DNA of 64,000 bases. Source: an uncultured delta proteobacterium (GTDB lineage: Bacteria; Myxococcota_A; Polyangia; Polyangiales; JAFGIB01). This document shows, piece after piece, positions 40,859 to 50,575 of the stretch. The notes under the pieces are model-generated. The model ran no database searches. It was given only the letters and a program-made list of their open reading frames with translations, and was not told the DNA's origin. Position numbers and translations under genes: made by a program. Positions within the stretch are counted from its first letter, which is position 1, and each line of letters begins with the position of its first letter. The stretch lies in the NCBI GenBank assembly GCA_963778655.1, contig CAVZVA010000010.1:640001-704000 (forward strand), in the 5' to 3' direction.

Positions 40859-41077
40859 ATGCGATGGCTTAGCAAGCTCAGCGTCACGTCGATGATCGCA
40901 GCCGCCCTGGCGATGCCGGCGCTCGCCCATGCCGAGGCCGCGCACAAGAAGCCGCCTGCCGCGCACAAGCCCGCGATGAGCGCCGGGGCCAAGGCGCACA
41001 GGCCCGCTGCCAAGACGGGCAAGATGGGCAAAATGGCGAAGCCCAAGCCGCGCGCCAAGGCCGGCAAGAAGCCCTGA
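40859..41077 (+). CDS. Small secreted Lys/Ala/His-rich protein (Asr-like composition)
   Basis: GAGGAG RBS, Sec signal ending AHA, basic low-complexity mature part; 72 aa. Confidence 0.7.
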   Translation: MRWLSKLSVTSMIAAALAMPALAHAEAAHKKPPAAHKPAMSAGAKAHRPAAKTGKMGKMAKPKPRAKAGKKP

Positions 41078-41186
41078 CGCACGGCCCGCCATGGGCACAT
41101 GATGGCTGGGGCTCGGCGGCTGCGGGCCCGGCGCGGTGTCCTCCGCGTGCCGGCCTGCCGCCGCCGAGCCTCGTAAGCCGCGCGCG

Positions 41187-42553
41187 CTATTCCGCGGCCG
41201 CGCGCAGCGGTGGCTCGCGCCGCCGCACGCGCATCGGCACGCTGCCCTCCGGCCGCAGCGTGACCACCGGCGCTAGGCGCAGCTCGAAGCCGGGCTCGGC
41301 CTGCAGCTCGACCTGCTGTGCGATCACCGCGAGCAGCAGTTGCGCTTCCATCATCGCGAAGTGGTTGCCGATGCACACGCGCGGCCCGCCCCGAACGGAA
41401 AGTAGGCGAAACGCGGCAAGCTCTTGGCGCTCGGCTCGAGCCAGCGCTCGGGCTTGAAGCGGATCGGCTCGGGGAAGTAGCGCGCATCGCGTTGCATCAC
41501 GTACGGGCTCATCATCACCTGGTCGCCCGCCGGCAGGGTGTAGCCACCCAGCTCGAACGAGCTCACGATCTCACGGCCGAGCAGGTAGGCCGGCGGATAC
41601 AGCCGCAGGCTCTCCTTCACCACCGCCTCGAGGAAAGGCAGCTCGGCGAGGTCATCGACGCCGGGCGTGCGCCCGCCGAGCCGCTGGTCGAGCTCGTCGT
41701 GCAGGCGCGCGACCGCGGCCGGATGGCGCGCCAGCAAGTACAGCGCGTAGGTGAGCGTGAGCGCGGTGGTCTCGTGGCCCGCGAGCAGCATGGTCACCGC
41801 CTCGTCGCGGAGCTGCACGTCGGTCATCGCCTCGCCCTGCTCGTCGCGCGCTTGTACCAGGCGCGCCAGCAGGTGGTCGGCTTGCGAGTCCTGCGCGCGG
41901 CAGCGCGCGATGATGTGATACACGATCGCGTCGAGCTCGCGTACCCCCTTGCGAAAGCGGTAGCGGTCGGGCGTCAGCACCCACTTCGGCAGCACGCCCT
42001 GCGGCGAGTTCATCTGCTTGTCCATGTAGACCATCGCCGCGTCGACGATGCGCGAGATGCGTTCGGCCTCGCCGCGCGCGTCGAAGCCGAGCAGTGTCTT
42101 GCCCACGATCTCGAGCGTCAGGCGCATCATGTCGACGTGCACGTCGCGCAGCTCGCCCTCTCGTAAGGCCGCTGCCTCGCGCTCGGCGCACTCGACCATG
42201 GTCCGGGCATAGGACGCGATGCGCTTGGGCTGCAGCGGCGGCGCGGCCAGCTTGCGCTGGCGCCGCCACAGCTCGCCCTCGCTGGTCAGCAGGCCGTGGC
42301 CGACCAACGGGATCAGCTCGCGGGTGCCGAGATCCTTGATGCAATCGCGGTGCCGGCCGATCAGCACCTCCTCGATCAACTCCGGTTCGTTGATCATGTA
42401 GATGTTGGCCAGGCCCACGCGCGCGAACGACACCGGGCCGTGGCGGCGGCCGAGCCCGAGCACGAAACCCAGGATGTCGCGCGCCAGGTCGCGGGCCGAG
42501 CCGATCAGGGGGAGGCCGCGCGGGCCCGGGGGTCTCGAAATCGTTTGCGGCAT
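41187..42553 (-). pseudogene. Cytochrome P450 with a 1-bp frameshift in the heme-binding motif (pseudogene or sequencing error)
   Basis: PPGPRGLP, AGHETTA, ESLR and PERW in one frame up to FPF; GPRVCIGNHFAMME continues in another frame after CCCC at 41389-41392. Confidence 0.85.
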
Positions 42554-42694
42554 GTCCCTTTCACATAGCGGCTGCCCGCTGGGGGAGCAAATCTGCACGC
42601 CCGCCCCGCAGCCGGCCGTCCCGGGGGGCGTGGGAAGGGGCGCTCGGGGCGCGGGACTTGACGTGCGGGCAGCGCTCTGGCACACGCCTGGCCC

Positions 42695-42829
42695 ATGGGC
42701 GTACCTCAAGACTCCAAAGCGCGTCGCGTTCAGAAGAAGAAGCGCACCAAGAAGCTCGCACAGTGGCGTGCCAAGCAGCAGGCCGAGGCCGCCAGCACCA
42801 CCACCACCCCGGCCAAGAAACGCGCCTGA
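42695..42829 (+). CDS. 44-aa highly basic small protein (below the ORF-track cutoff)
   Basis: MGVPQDSKARRVQKKKRTKKLAQWRAKQQAEAASTTTTPAKKRA; mostly G/C-ending codons; TTGACG at 42658. Confidence 0.6.
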   Translation: MGVPQDSKARRVQKKKRTKKLAQWRAKQQAEAASTTTTPAKKRA

Positions 42830-42873
42830 GCAGCGCGCGCGGCCCGCTGCCGCGCGTTCGCCGTTCGGTCCCC

Positions 42874-43335
42874 TCAACCGAGGGCGGCGATCACCTCGGG
42901 CGGCGCCTGCACCAACTCCAGCAGCACGCCCTCTCCGCCGAGCGGCGCGTCGGCCCCACCCTTGGGGTGGATGAAGCACACCTCGTGGCCCGCGGCCCCC
43001 TTGCGGACGCCGCCCGGCGTGAAGCGCACGCCCTGTTGGCTCAGCCATTGCACCGCGGCCTGCAAGTCGTCGACCCACAGGCCGATGTGATTGAGCGCGG
43101 GCTCGTGCACCGCCGGACGCTTGCTCGGGTCGATCGGCTGCATCAGGTCGAGCTCGACCTGGGCTGCGCCCTTGCCCATCACCGCGATGTCCTCGTCGAC
43201 GTTCTCGCGCTCGCTGCGGTAGTTGGACTTGAGCTCGAGCCCCAGCAGCTCGACCCAGAGCTTGCGCAGCCTCGCCTTGTCGGTGGCCCCGATCGCGACT
43301 TGCTGCAGCCCCAGAATGCGAAACGGTCGTTGCAT
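42874..43335 (-). CDS. VOC/glyoxalase family protein (methylmalonyl-CoA epimerase-like)
   Basis: [35 protein letters not shown] and GVLLELVQ. Confidence 0.85.
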   Translation of the reverse strand: MQRPFRILGLQQVAIGATDKARLRKLWVELLGLELKSNYRSERENVDEDIAVMGKGAAQVELDLMQPIDPSKRPAVHEPALNHIGLWVDDLQAAVQWLSQQGVRFTPGGVRKGAAGHEVCFIHPKGGADAPLGGEGVLLELVQAPPEVIAALG

Positions 43336-43461
43336 GACGGCTCCGGCGCGGCGTGGCGCGCAGGGGCGATGTAGCGGATTGTCCCGCTGCAAGCAACCGC
43401 GCCAGCTTCCGACGTGGCTTGGCGCGGCGCGCACGTGCGTGGCATGCTGCCGCGCGTTCGC

Positions 43462-44469
43462 ATGGTTGAGGCGCCCAAACCGGTCTCACTCACGGGAATC
43501 CAGCCCACCGGCAGCAGAGCCGATCCGAGCGCGGGCGGCGCCGTGCACCTGGGCAACTACCTGGGCGCGATCCGGCCAGCGCTGCGACTCACCGACCGCT
43601 ACCAGAGCCGCTACTTCATCGCGGACTACCACGCGCTCACCAGCCAGCGCGATCCGGCTGCGCTGCGCCACAACGTCCACGACGTCGCGGCGACCTGGCT
43701 CGCGTGCGGGCTCGACCCGCGCAAGACGCTGCTGTTCCGCCAGTCGGCTGTGATCGAGGTGTTCGAGCTGGCCTGGGTGCTCGGCTGCGTCACCGCCACC
43801 GGCCAGCTGGAGCGCGGCGTGGCCTACAAGGACGCGCTGGGGCGCGGCGAAGCGCCCAACGCGGGTGTGTTCAACTACCCACTGTTGATGGCGGCCGACA
43901 TCCTGCTCTACGACGCCGACGTGGTGCCGATCGGCGCCGACCAGCGCCAGCACCTGGAGCTGGCGCGCGACATCGCCACCCGCCTGAACCACGTGTACGG
44001 CGAGGGCACGGTGGTCGTGCCGCAGGCGCTGGTGACCGAAGCGCCGGTGGTGCCTGGCACCGACGGCCGCAAGATGAGCAAGAGCTACGGCAACACCCTG
44101 CCGCTATTCGCGCCGGCCAAGGCGCTGCAGGATGCGGTGATGAAGCTCAAATCGGATTCGGTCCCGCTCGAGGACAGCAAGGAGCCGGAGGGCGCGCTGG
44201 TCTACGAGCTGTACAAGCTGGTAGCCGACGGACCGCAGGTGCAGCAGATGGCCGCCAAGCTGCGGGCCGGCGGCTACGGCTGGGGGCACGCCAAGCAGGA
44301 GCTCGCCGCGGTGCTGGAAGCGCAGCTCGGGCCGCTGCGCGCGCGCTATCTGGAGCTGCGCGCCGACGAGCCCGCGCTGGACGCGCTGCTCGAGGCCGGC
44401 GCAGGCGACGCGCGCACGCTCGCCCGTCAAACCATGCAGCGCGTGCGCACCGCGGTAGGCATCGCCTGA
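43462..44469 (+). CDS. trpS: Tryptophan--tRNA ligase
   Basis: [38 protein letters not shown] and KMSKS. Confidence 0.95.
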   Translation: MVEAPKPVSLTGIQPTGSRADPSAGGAVHLGNYLGAIRPALRLTDRYQSRYFIADYHALTSQRDPAALRHNVHDVAATWLACGLDPRKTLLFRQSAVIEVFELAWVLGCVTATGQLERGVAYKDALGRGEAPNAGVFNYPLLMAADILLYDADVVPIGADQRQHLELARDIATRLNHVYGEGTVVVPQALVTEAPVVPGTDGRKMSKSYGNTLPLFAPAKALQDAVMKLKSDSVPLEDSKEPEGALVYELYKLVADGPQVQQMAAKLRAGGYGWGHAKQELAAVLEAQLGPLRARYLELRADEPALDALLEAGAGDARTLARQTMQRVRTAVGIA

Positions 44470-44502
44470 AGCCGCCCGCAGCGCGGCCCGCGACCTCAGT
44501 CC

Positions 44503-44976
44503 TCAGTCCGCCAGGCCGAGCGACTCGGGTTGGGCTGCCGATGCGCCGGGTACGGGGCCCTTGATATGAAACAGCCGCGGGTCGCCCTGCACGATCGCTT
44601 CCGACAGCAGCGCGTAGTCGCCGCCACGGCCGCGCACCCAGTGCTGGCGCACCACGCTCTGGTGCAGGGTCATTGCGTCCGTGAGGTACCAGGAGTAGCT
44701 CAGCAGCGCGACGGCGCTCTCGGAGTCGGGCGCCATCTCGACGTGCACCACCTCGCTGTCGCCGAGCTGGATCTCCTGCCCCCAGTCGGAGTGGCGTGCC
44801 ATGAACTGGGCGCGATAGGCCGGCACCGCGAGCCGCGCGGCGTCCGCCACCTGACCCCAGCGCGTGGTCTTGTCCATCTCGTTGACGGTGTCGGTCAGGC
44901 GCTTGCCCGCCCCCGCGTTCTGCAACAGACAGCCCCCGAGCAGCAGGCACCCCAGCAATAGCCAGCCACGTGTCAT
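44503..44976 (-). CDS. Hypothetical lipoprotein
   Basis: Lipobox-like LLGGC after a hydrophobic stretch; genome-typical codon usage. Confidence 0.7.
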   Translation of the reverse strand: MTRGWLLLGCLLLGGCLLQNAGAGKRLTDTVNEMDKTTRWGQVADAARLAVPAYRAQFMARHSDWGQEIQLGDSEVVHVEMAPDSESAVALLSYSWYLTDAMTLHQSVVRQHWVRGRGGDYALLSEAIVQGDPRLFHIKGPVPGASAAQPESLGLAD

Positions 44977-45062
44977 GCAGCGAGGCTAAAAGAGCGGGCT
45001 GCCGGCACCAAGAAATCGGCGGGCGCGGGGGCCTCTCCCGCAGGCCAGGGGTGCTTCGAAAT

Positions 45063-45180
45063 CACAGGAAGACGGGAGACGGGAAGGAAGGACGTGTTTC
45101 GTGTGAGACCGGGTACCGGCTCGCCGCAGGTGCCTCACGCGAGCACGTCGAATCTTCCCGACTTCCCGCCCTCCCGTTTC
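45063..45180. repeat. REP-like inverted repeat
   Basis: CACAGGAAGACGGGAGACGGGAAG ... CTTCCCGACTTCCCGCCCTCCCGT. Confidence 0.5.
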
Positions 45181-45219
45181 ATGTCCGTGACCGCGGATCG
45201 CGCACGGCGACGGCTCGCA

Positions 45220-46683
45220 TCACAGGCCCAGGCGGCGCTTGATCTGTGGGTCGCCGGGCTTGAGCGCGAGCGCCTCCTGCCATTGCGCCTTGGCGCCCGC
45301 GCTGTCGCCCACCATCAGCAGGATGTCTCCCAGCAGCAAGCGATACGACACGCGGCGCGAGCGGCGTTTCACGATCTTGCGCGCGTAAGCCAACGCCTCC
45401 TGGCCGCGGTCTTGATCCATCAGGGCACGCGCGAGCACTTCCATCGCGTGGTGGTCCTGCGGATCGTGCGCGAGCACCTCGCGCATCATCGCTTCGGCTT
45501 CCTTGGGCTCGTCTTCGGCGAGCTTGTGGCGCGCGATTACGATGGCCTTGCGAGTCGAGTCCTCGTCGCCGTCGGCCGCGACAGGCTTGGCGGGCGGCTT
45601 GGCCCCCTGCGCGGCAGCAGTCGCAGCCTTGTCCGGCGGCGCGCTCGGGGGCGGCGCGGCCATGGGCTTGGGATGAGGCTGGGGCACCGCAACAGCCGCA
45701 GGCGCAGCCGGTTGGCTTGGCCGCGCAGCCGCTCGGGTGGCCGCAGCGGCCGACGCGGGCGCAGCGGCCGGCGCGGGCGCAGCGGCCGGCGCGGGCGCAG
45801 CGGCCGGCGCGGGCGCAGCGGCCGGCGCGGGCGCAGCGGCCGGCGCGGGCGCAGCGGCCGGCGGGTTGCCGGCGGGCTTGATCGCGGCGCGCGCGGCCGT
45901 GGCCGCCACCCGCGCAGGCGGCGGCGCCGGCCGGGCCCACGGATTGGGCAAGAGCCCAAGCAGCATGCCCGCGGCTGCAGCCGCGCCCGCGACGATCAGC
46001 GTGACCACGCTGGCGGCCAGCCGCAGCCGCGACCGGCCAGCTGCAGCGGGCGCGGGCGCAGCGGCCTGTTTCAGGGCCCTGCCACGCCGGCCGGCTTTCG
46101 CGTGTTTGCCCCGGCTCGCGGCCGCGGGCGGCGGCGCGGCCGCGGGCTTGGCCGCAGTGGGCGCTTCCGCAGCATCGGGCGGGCCGCCCGCGTCGGCCTC
46201 GCGGAGCTCGCTCGGGGGCGGCTCGTCCGCACTGCGCGCGGCCGCGGCGCCCAGTGGGGGAGGCGGCGGGGGATCGCGCACCAAGTCATCGAACAGCGAA
46301 GTGCGGCCCGTGGCCTGCCAGCGGCCGAGCTCGGCCTCGCTGGGCGCCGGCGGAATGCTCGGCGCGGGCAGCGTGGTCTCGGCGTTGAACAGCGAGGCGA
46401 CCGGCTCGATGTCGACCGACACCTGGCGCGCGCGCAGGCGCGAGCCACGCCCGGGCGGGTTGGGCTCGGGCGGCGGCGCGGCCGGGACCTGCGCCGAGCC
46501 GGCAGGCGGCGGCGCCGGACCGCCGAACAGCCCCTCGAGCACGCGATCCTCGTCGCTGCGTCCCGCCGCCACGGGCGCGGGCTTGCGCCCCGGCCGACCG
46601 AAACCGAGGCCCGCGGGGGCGGCATCCCCCTCGTCACGCGGGGCGGGCTCTGGGTCGAGGTCGTCGTTGATGGGCGCGGCCAT
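45220..46683 (-). CDS. Single-TM Pro/Ala-rich protein with C-terminal TPR domain
   Basis: Low-complexity N-terminus, TM LAASVVTLIVAG..LLGLL, PAAAPA linker and TPR helices (LLGDILLMVGD..WQEALALKP). Confidence 0.75.
   Translation of the reverse strand: MAAPINDDLDPEPAPRDEGDAAPAGLGFGRPGRKPAPVAAGRSDEDRVLEGLFGGPAPPPAGSAQVPAAPPPEPNPPGRGSRLRARQVSVDIEPVASLFNAETTLPAPSIPPAPSEAELGRWQATGRTSLFDDLVRDPPPPPPLGAAAARSADEPPPSELREADAGGPPDAAEAPTAAKPAAAPPPAAASRGKHAKAGRRGRALKQAAAPAPAAAGRSRLRLAASVVTLIVAGAAAAAGMLLGLLPNPWARPAPPPARVAATAARAAIKPAGNPPAAAPAPAAAPAPAAAPAPAAAPAPAAAPAPAAAPASAAAATRAAARPSQPAAPAAVAVPQPHPKPMAAPPPSAPPDKAATAAAQGAKPPAKPVAADGDEDSTRKAIVIARHKLAEDEPKEAEAMMREVLAHDPQDHHAMEVLARALMDQDRGQEALAYARKIVKRRSRRVSYRLLLGDILLMVGDSAGAKAQWQEALALKPGDPQIKRRLGL
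45755..45862. repeat. Perfect 18-bp coding tandem repeat, six copies
   Basis: (GCGGGCGCAGCGGCCGGC)6, encoding PAAAPA repeats on the minus strand. Confidence 0.9.
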
Positions 46684-46788
46684 GGCCGAGGTTTGCGTCC
46701 CAGGCGGCTGCGCAGGCGAGCCGCCCGCGGAACCATCTGTTCTTTATAGAAGTTTACAGGATTGAGCCGGAGCCTCCAAGGGCCTGGC

Positions 46789-48894
46789 TCAGGCGACCTC
46801 CACGCGGTTGCGGCCCCCGTGCTTGGCTTTGTAGAGCGCGCGGTCGGCGGCCTCGAACAGCCCGTCGCGGCTGCCGGCTTGCTCCGGGTAGGTGGCCACC
46901 CCCAGCGAGCAGGTGACCTTGAGCTTGCCCAGCTCGGTCTCGAACACGGTGTGCTCGAGCTCCTGGCGCACGCGCTCGGCCAGCTGGATCGCACCGCCCG
47001 CGTCGGTCTCCTCGCACAGCAGGCAGAACTCCTCGCCGCCGAAGCGCGCCACGATGTCGGTCTCGCGCTTGAGCCGGCCCAGCACCGCGCCGAGCTCCTT
47101 GATCACGACATCGCCGGTGGCGTGGCCGTAGGTGTCGTTGACGACCTTGAAGTGATCGATGTCGGTGATGATCAGCGAGAGCTTGCGCGAGAAGCGCTCG
47201 GCCGCGCTGATTTTGGCCTTGAGCTGCTCGTTGAAGTAGCGCTTGTTGAAGCAACCGGTCAGCCCGTCGGTGGTGGCCAGCGCTTCCAGCCGCCGAACCG
47301 AATCGGCGTTGGACAGCGCGACCGCGAGCTGGCTCGACAGCGCCGCGAGCGCGGGCCGCACCTGCGCGCCGAAGGCCTCGCGGCGGCGCGCGGCCAGCGC
47401 CAGCGTGCCGATCGCGGTGTCGCGCACCAGCAGCGGCAGGATGAGCAGCGACTGCATGCCGGTGAGATTGGTCTTGCGCGTATAGACCACCTGGCTGCCG
47501 GCGTCGAACTCGCCGCGGTACGGCAAGTAGTGGCGGTTCTTGACCGCCATCGCGGTTAGCGAGGTGTTGTCGCGGAAGCTCAAGCTCTGCAGCCCGTCGG
47601 CGCCCTCGCCCACCGCCTTGCGCACCACGTGCAGGCGGGTTTCGGCGTCATACTGGGTGACCGACGCGAAATCGTAGGGCGCGATCTCCGCGGCCGCAGT
47701 GAGCGCCGCATCCAGCACCGCCTGCTCGCTCAGCGCGGCCCCGAGCGCCTGCGAGGCGCGGCGCAGCACGGCGTGCTCGCGTTTGCTGCGCTCGAGCTGC
47801 ATGAACACGCGCTCGTTCTCCAGCCCGCGCAGAATGTGCTCGATCGCGCTCTTGAGCACCTGCTCCTCGGCCGGCGAAAACACCGCGTCCTGCAGGCGGT
47901 CCGCGCACAGCACCCCGCGCACCACGCCGGCCTCGCGCACCGGCAGCGCGATGAACGCGCGCACCTCGGCCGCCTTGCGGTAGTAGCAGATCCCGGTGTA
48001 GCCGGGCCGCATGTGCTCGAGGTTCATGACCAGCCCGCGCTGGAACGCTGCACCGACCGCCCCCACCGCCGGCTCGAACGGCCCCTGCGCGATGTCCTCG
48101 CTGTCGGTCACCAGCTCCACCACGCGCAGCGCGCGCGCGGGCTCGTGCTCGTCGGCCATCAGCAGCACGCAGGAGTGCAGCTGCAGCACGCGCTTGAGCA
48201 GGTCGAGGCTGAAGAACAGCGCCTGGTGCACCTCCTCGACGCTGGAGCGCGTGAGCCGCTCGGCGTCCGGCGCCGCCGACTCGGTGGGCGTGGCGATCAG
48301 ACGGAACAGCCGCGCGTCGGCGCGCACCCGCTCGCGCTCGCCCTCCAGCTCGCGCCGGTTGTGCAGCCGCACGCGGCTGACCTCGGCCTGCGTCAGCAGC
48401 TGGTGCAGTAGCGCGAACAGCGCCAGCCACAGCGCGTGCAGCGCGAATCCACTCGGATCGTGATGGCCCTCGGTCAGAAACCACAGCGGGGCCTCGAACG
48501 CGACCGCGCACAACACGAACGCGGCGACGAGGCGGCGCTCGGCGAACGCGCCCACGAACGCGCACAACACGTACAGCACCGGGTAGAAGGGGCTCTGCAG
48601 CCCACCCGCGAGCTGCAGGCCAGCGTGCGCGGCCACCAGCAGCAACAGGCCGAGCTCCAGGTCGACGACGCCGTCGGCGGCGCGGCCGCGCTCGGCGCGC
48701 AGCCGCGCGGAGGCGCGCGCCGCCAGCACCACGAGCCAGGCTACGCCCACCACCAGATGCTCGGGGCCGAGCGTCCTGCGGTCGCGGAACAGCCCGAGCA
48801 GCACCAGCAGCCCCAACCCAAAGGCCGCGAAATACCCGTACGCGACGCGGGCGCCGCGCCGAACGCTCAGAGCCGCCTGCACCAATGCCGTCAT
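46789..48894 (-). CDS. Membrane diguanylate cyclase with two GAF domains
   Basis: N-terminal TM helices, GAF-like segments, TDGLTG, DIDHFKVVND and RETD I-site before RFGGEEF. Confidence 0.92.
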   Translation of the reverse strand: MTALVQAALSVRRGARVAYGYFAAFGLGLLVLLGLFRDRRTLGPEHLVVGVAWLVVLAARASARLRAERGRAADGVVDLELGLLLLVAAHAGLQLAGGLQSPFYPVLYVLCAFVGAFAERRLVAAFVLCAVAFEAPLWFLTEGHHDPSGFALHALWLALFALLHQLLTQAEVSRVRLHNRRELEGERERVRADARLFRLIATPTESAAPDAERLTRSSVEEVHQALFFSLDLLKRVLQLHSCVLLMADEHEPARALRVVELVTDSEDIAQGPFEPAVGAVGAAFQRGLVMNLEHMRPGYTGICYYRKAAEVRAFIALPVREAGVVRGVLCADRLQDAVFSPAEEQVLKSAIEHILRGLENERVFMQLERSKREHAVLRRASQALGAALSEQAVLDAALTAAAEIAPYDFASVTQYDAETRLHVVRKAVGEGADGLQSLSFRDNTSLTAMAVKNRHYLPYRGEFDAGSQVVYTRKTNLTGMQSLLILPLLVRDTAIGTLALAARRREAFGAQVRPALAALSSQLAVALSNADSVRRLEALATTDGLTGCFNKRYFNEQLKAKISAAERFSRKLSLIITDIDHFKVVNDTYGHATGDVVIKELGAVLGRLKRETDIVARFGGEEFCLLCEETDAGGAIQLAERVRQELEHTVFETELGKLKVTCSLGVATYPEQAGSRDGLFEAADRALYKAKHGGRNRVEVA

Positions 48895-48910
48895 CGCCGC
48901 CTCTCTTCAC

Positions 48911-49361
48911 CGGGTTGGGCACGCGTCCTTCCCGGCCTGCCGGCCAAGCCGTCAGGGTCCCACCCCGCTTGCATGTCGGGCTGGGCTCGCGCCCTCCCCG
49001 CCCTGCCGGCCAAGCCGTCAGCGTCCCACCCCGCTTGCATGTCGGGCTGGGCTCGCGCCCTCCCCACCCCGCCGGCCAAGCCGTCAGGGTCCCACCCCTC
49101 CGCGAGGTTCGCTTCGCTCACGACGTGCCTTGTTGCGAGGGATCTGCAGATCGCGCGAGCATCGCCAAGCCTGCGCAATCCACCACGCTCTCAGCTACAC
49201 GGCCCCAGCCGGCGGCGTCAAAAAAGCGGCGGCAGCCGCGGGAGGGGCGCCTGACCCAACAGGAAGCGCGCGCAGTCACGTGGGAGCGAAGCGACCCGCG
49301 CGGGTGGGTGGGCCCCGGTGGGCTTTGCCCAACGGGCGCGAGGGTCGCGTGACCCTCCCGG
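48911..49361. repeat. Three tandem 66-bp units plus a diverged inverted copy (REP/BIME- or MITE-like)
   Basis: Units start at 48911, 48977 and 49043. The reverse complement of ~49275-49361 aligns with unit 3 and its GCTTCGCTC tail. Confidence 0.8.
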
Positions 49362-49364
49362 TAT

Positions 49365-49667
49365 TCAGTCTGGAAATTGGAACAGGATTTCGTCGCGGCG
49401 CAGCATGCCCAGCTCGTCGCGGGCGATACGCTCGAGCGCACGCGGGTCGCTGCGCAGGCGCTCGACCTGGCGCTTGAGCGCCGCTACCTCGCGCCGCATC
49501 CGTTCGTTGGTCTGCTGCGTCTGCCGCAGCTCGGCGCGCAGCGCCCGATAGCGCGGCAGCCCCTCGCTCTCCAGGATGTGGACCGGCACCGACACGATCG
49601 CGAACAGCAGCAGGCAAAGTGGCAGCAGCCAGGCCGCCGGCGAGGTCTTGTCGCGCACGCCTTGCAC
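49365..49667 (-). CDS. ftsB: Septum formation initiator FtsB/DivIC
   Basis: TM helix, coiled coil and LERIARDELGMLRRDE motif. Confidence 0.85.
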   Translation of the reverse strand: MQGVRDKTSPAAWLLPLCLLLFAIVSVPVHILESEGLPRYRALRAELRQTQQTNERMRREVAALKRQVERLRSDPRALERIARDELGMLRRDEILFQFPD

Positions 49668-49879
49668 TCTGGCGCAGGCCGAGCGATGTAGTCCAAATAC
49701 CGACAGCGTGTAGGCTCACTGTAGCCGGCCGGCGCGCGACCGAGCGGTCGGACGTCTCGCGCGGGACGGCGGCCCGGAGCACGGTGTACACGGGTGTATA
49801 CGAGTTGTTTGGGCAACCCCGGCTGGTTATCCTGAGGTGGCGTGCCAAGGCGTTGCCCGTCTCTGAGACACGACGAACC

Positions 49880-50575
49880 ATGACCATGGAAAGCGACAGC
49901 ACCGGGCCCAAGCCCGGAGAAGGCAACGGCGCGGTTGTGAGCTCGGCCTCGCCCCCGGCCGCCGGCGGCGAGGCAGCCGCGGGCGATCCCCCGGGAGACA
50001 AGGCCGCCCCGGCCGGCGGGCCGGCCGCGCCCAGCGAGCTGCAGAGCGCACAGGCCGAGCGCGACAAGCTGCGCGAGCAGTTACTGCGTACCGCCGCCGA
50101 CTTCGACAACTTCCGCAAGCGCACCAAACGCGATCTCGACGACGCGCGCCAGCGCGCCAAGGACGAGCTGATACGCGATCTGCTTCCGATCTTCGACAAC
50201 CTCGAGCGCGCGCTGCAAACCGCCGGCGGAGCCAGCGACATGAGCTCGGTGATCGAGGGCGTGCGCATGGTGCTCAAGCTGTTCGAGGACACCGCCGAGC
50301 GCGTCGGCTTGACGCGCGTGCCAGCGGTGGGCGAGCGCTTCGATCCAGCGGTGCACGAGGCGATCCAGCAACGCGAGACCGACGAGCAGCCGCCGGGAAC
50401 GGTGATCGCCGAGGTCGTGGCAGGCTATCGCTTCGGCGAGCGGCTGGTGCGGCCCGCGATGGTGGTGGTGGCTCGCAAGCCGGCGGCAGCCGCGCGCGCG
50501 TCGCAGCCACCCGATGGCGGCGGCGACGGCCAGGACGGCGGGGCAGCGGGTCCGCCCCGGGAAAAGGCTGAATGA
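49880..50575 (+). CDS. grpE: Nucleotide exchange factor GrpE
   Basis: [29 protein letters not shown] and [12 protein letters not shown]. Confidence 0.95.
   Translation: MTMESDSTGPKPGEGNGAVVSSASPPAAGGEAAAGDPPGDKAAPAGGPAAPSELQSAQAERDKLREQLLRTAADFDNFRKRTKRDLDDARQRAKDELIRDLLPIFDNLERALQTAGGASDMSSVIEGVRMVLKLFEDTAERVGLTRVPAVGERFDPAVHEAIQQRETDEQPPGTVIAEVVAGYRFGERLVRPAMVVVARKPAAAARASQPPDGGGDGQDGGAAGPPREKAE

Noticed and set aside
42678..42692. Sigma54-like TGGCAC-N-GC motif
   Set aside because: The implied transcription start would fall inside the 44-aa ORF, and the -12 element is TGGC rather than TTGC.
45095..45110. TGTTTCGTGTGAGACC as a third parS
   Set aside because: Four mismatches to the consensus and not palindromic.
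48911..49100. 66-bp periodicity as a CRISPR array
   Set aside because: Whole units are near-identical with no unique spacers, and no cas genes are in the window.
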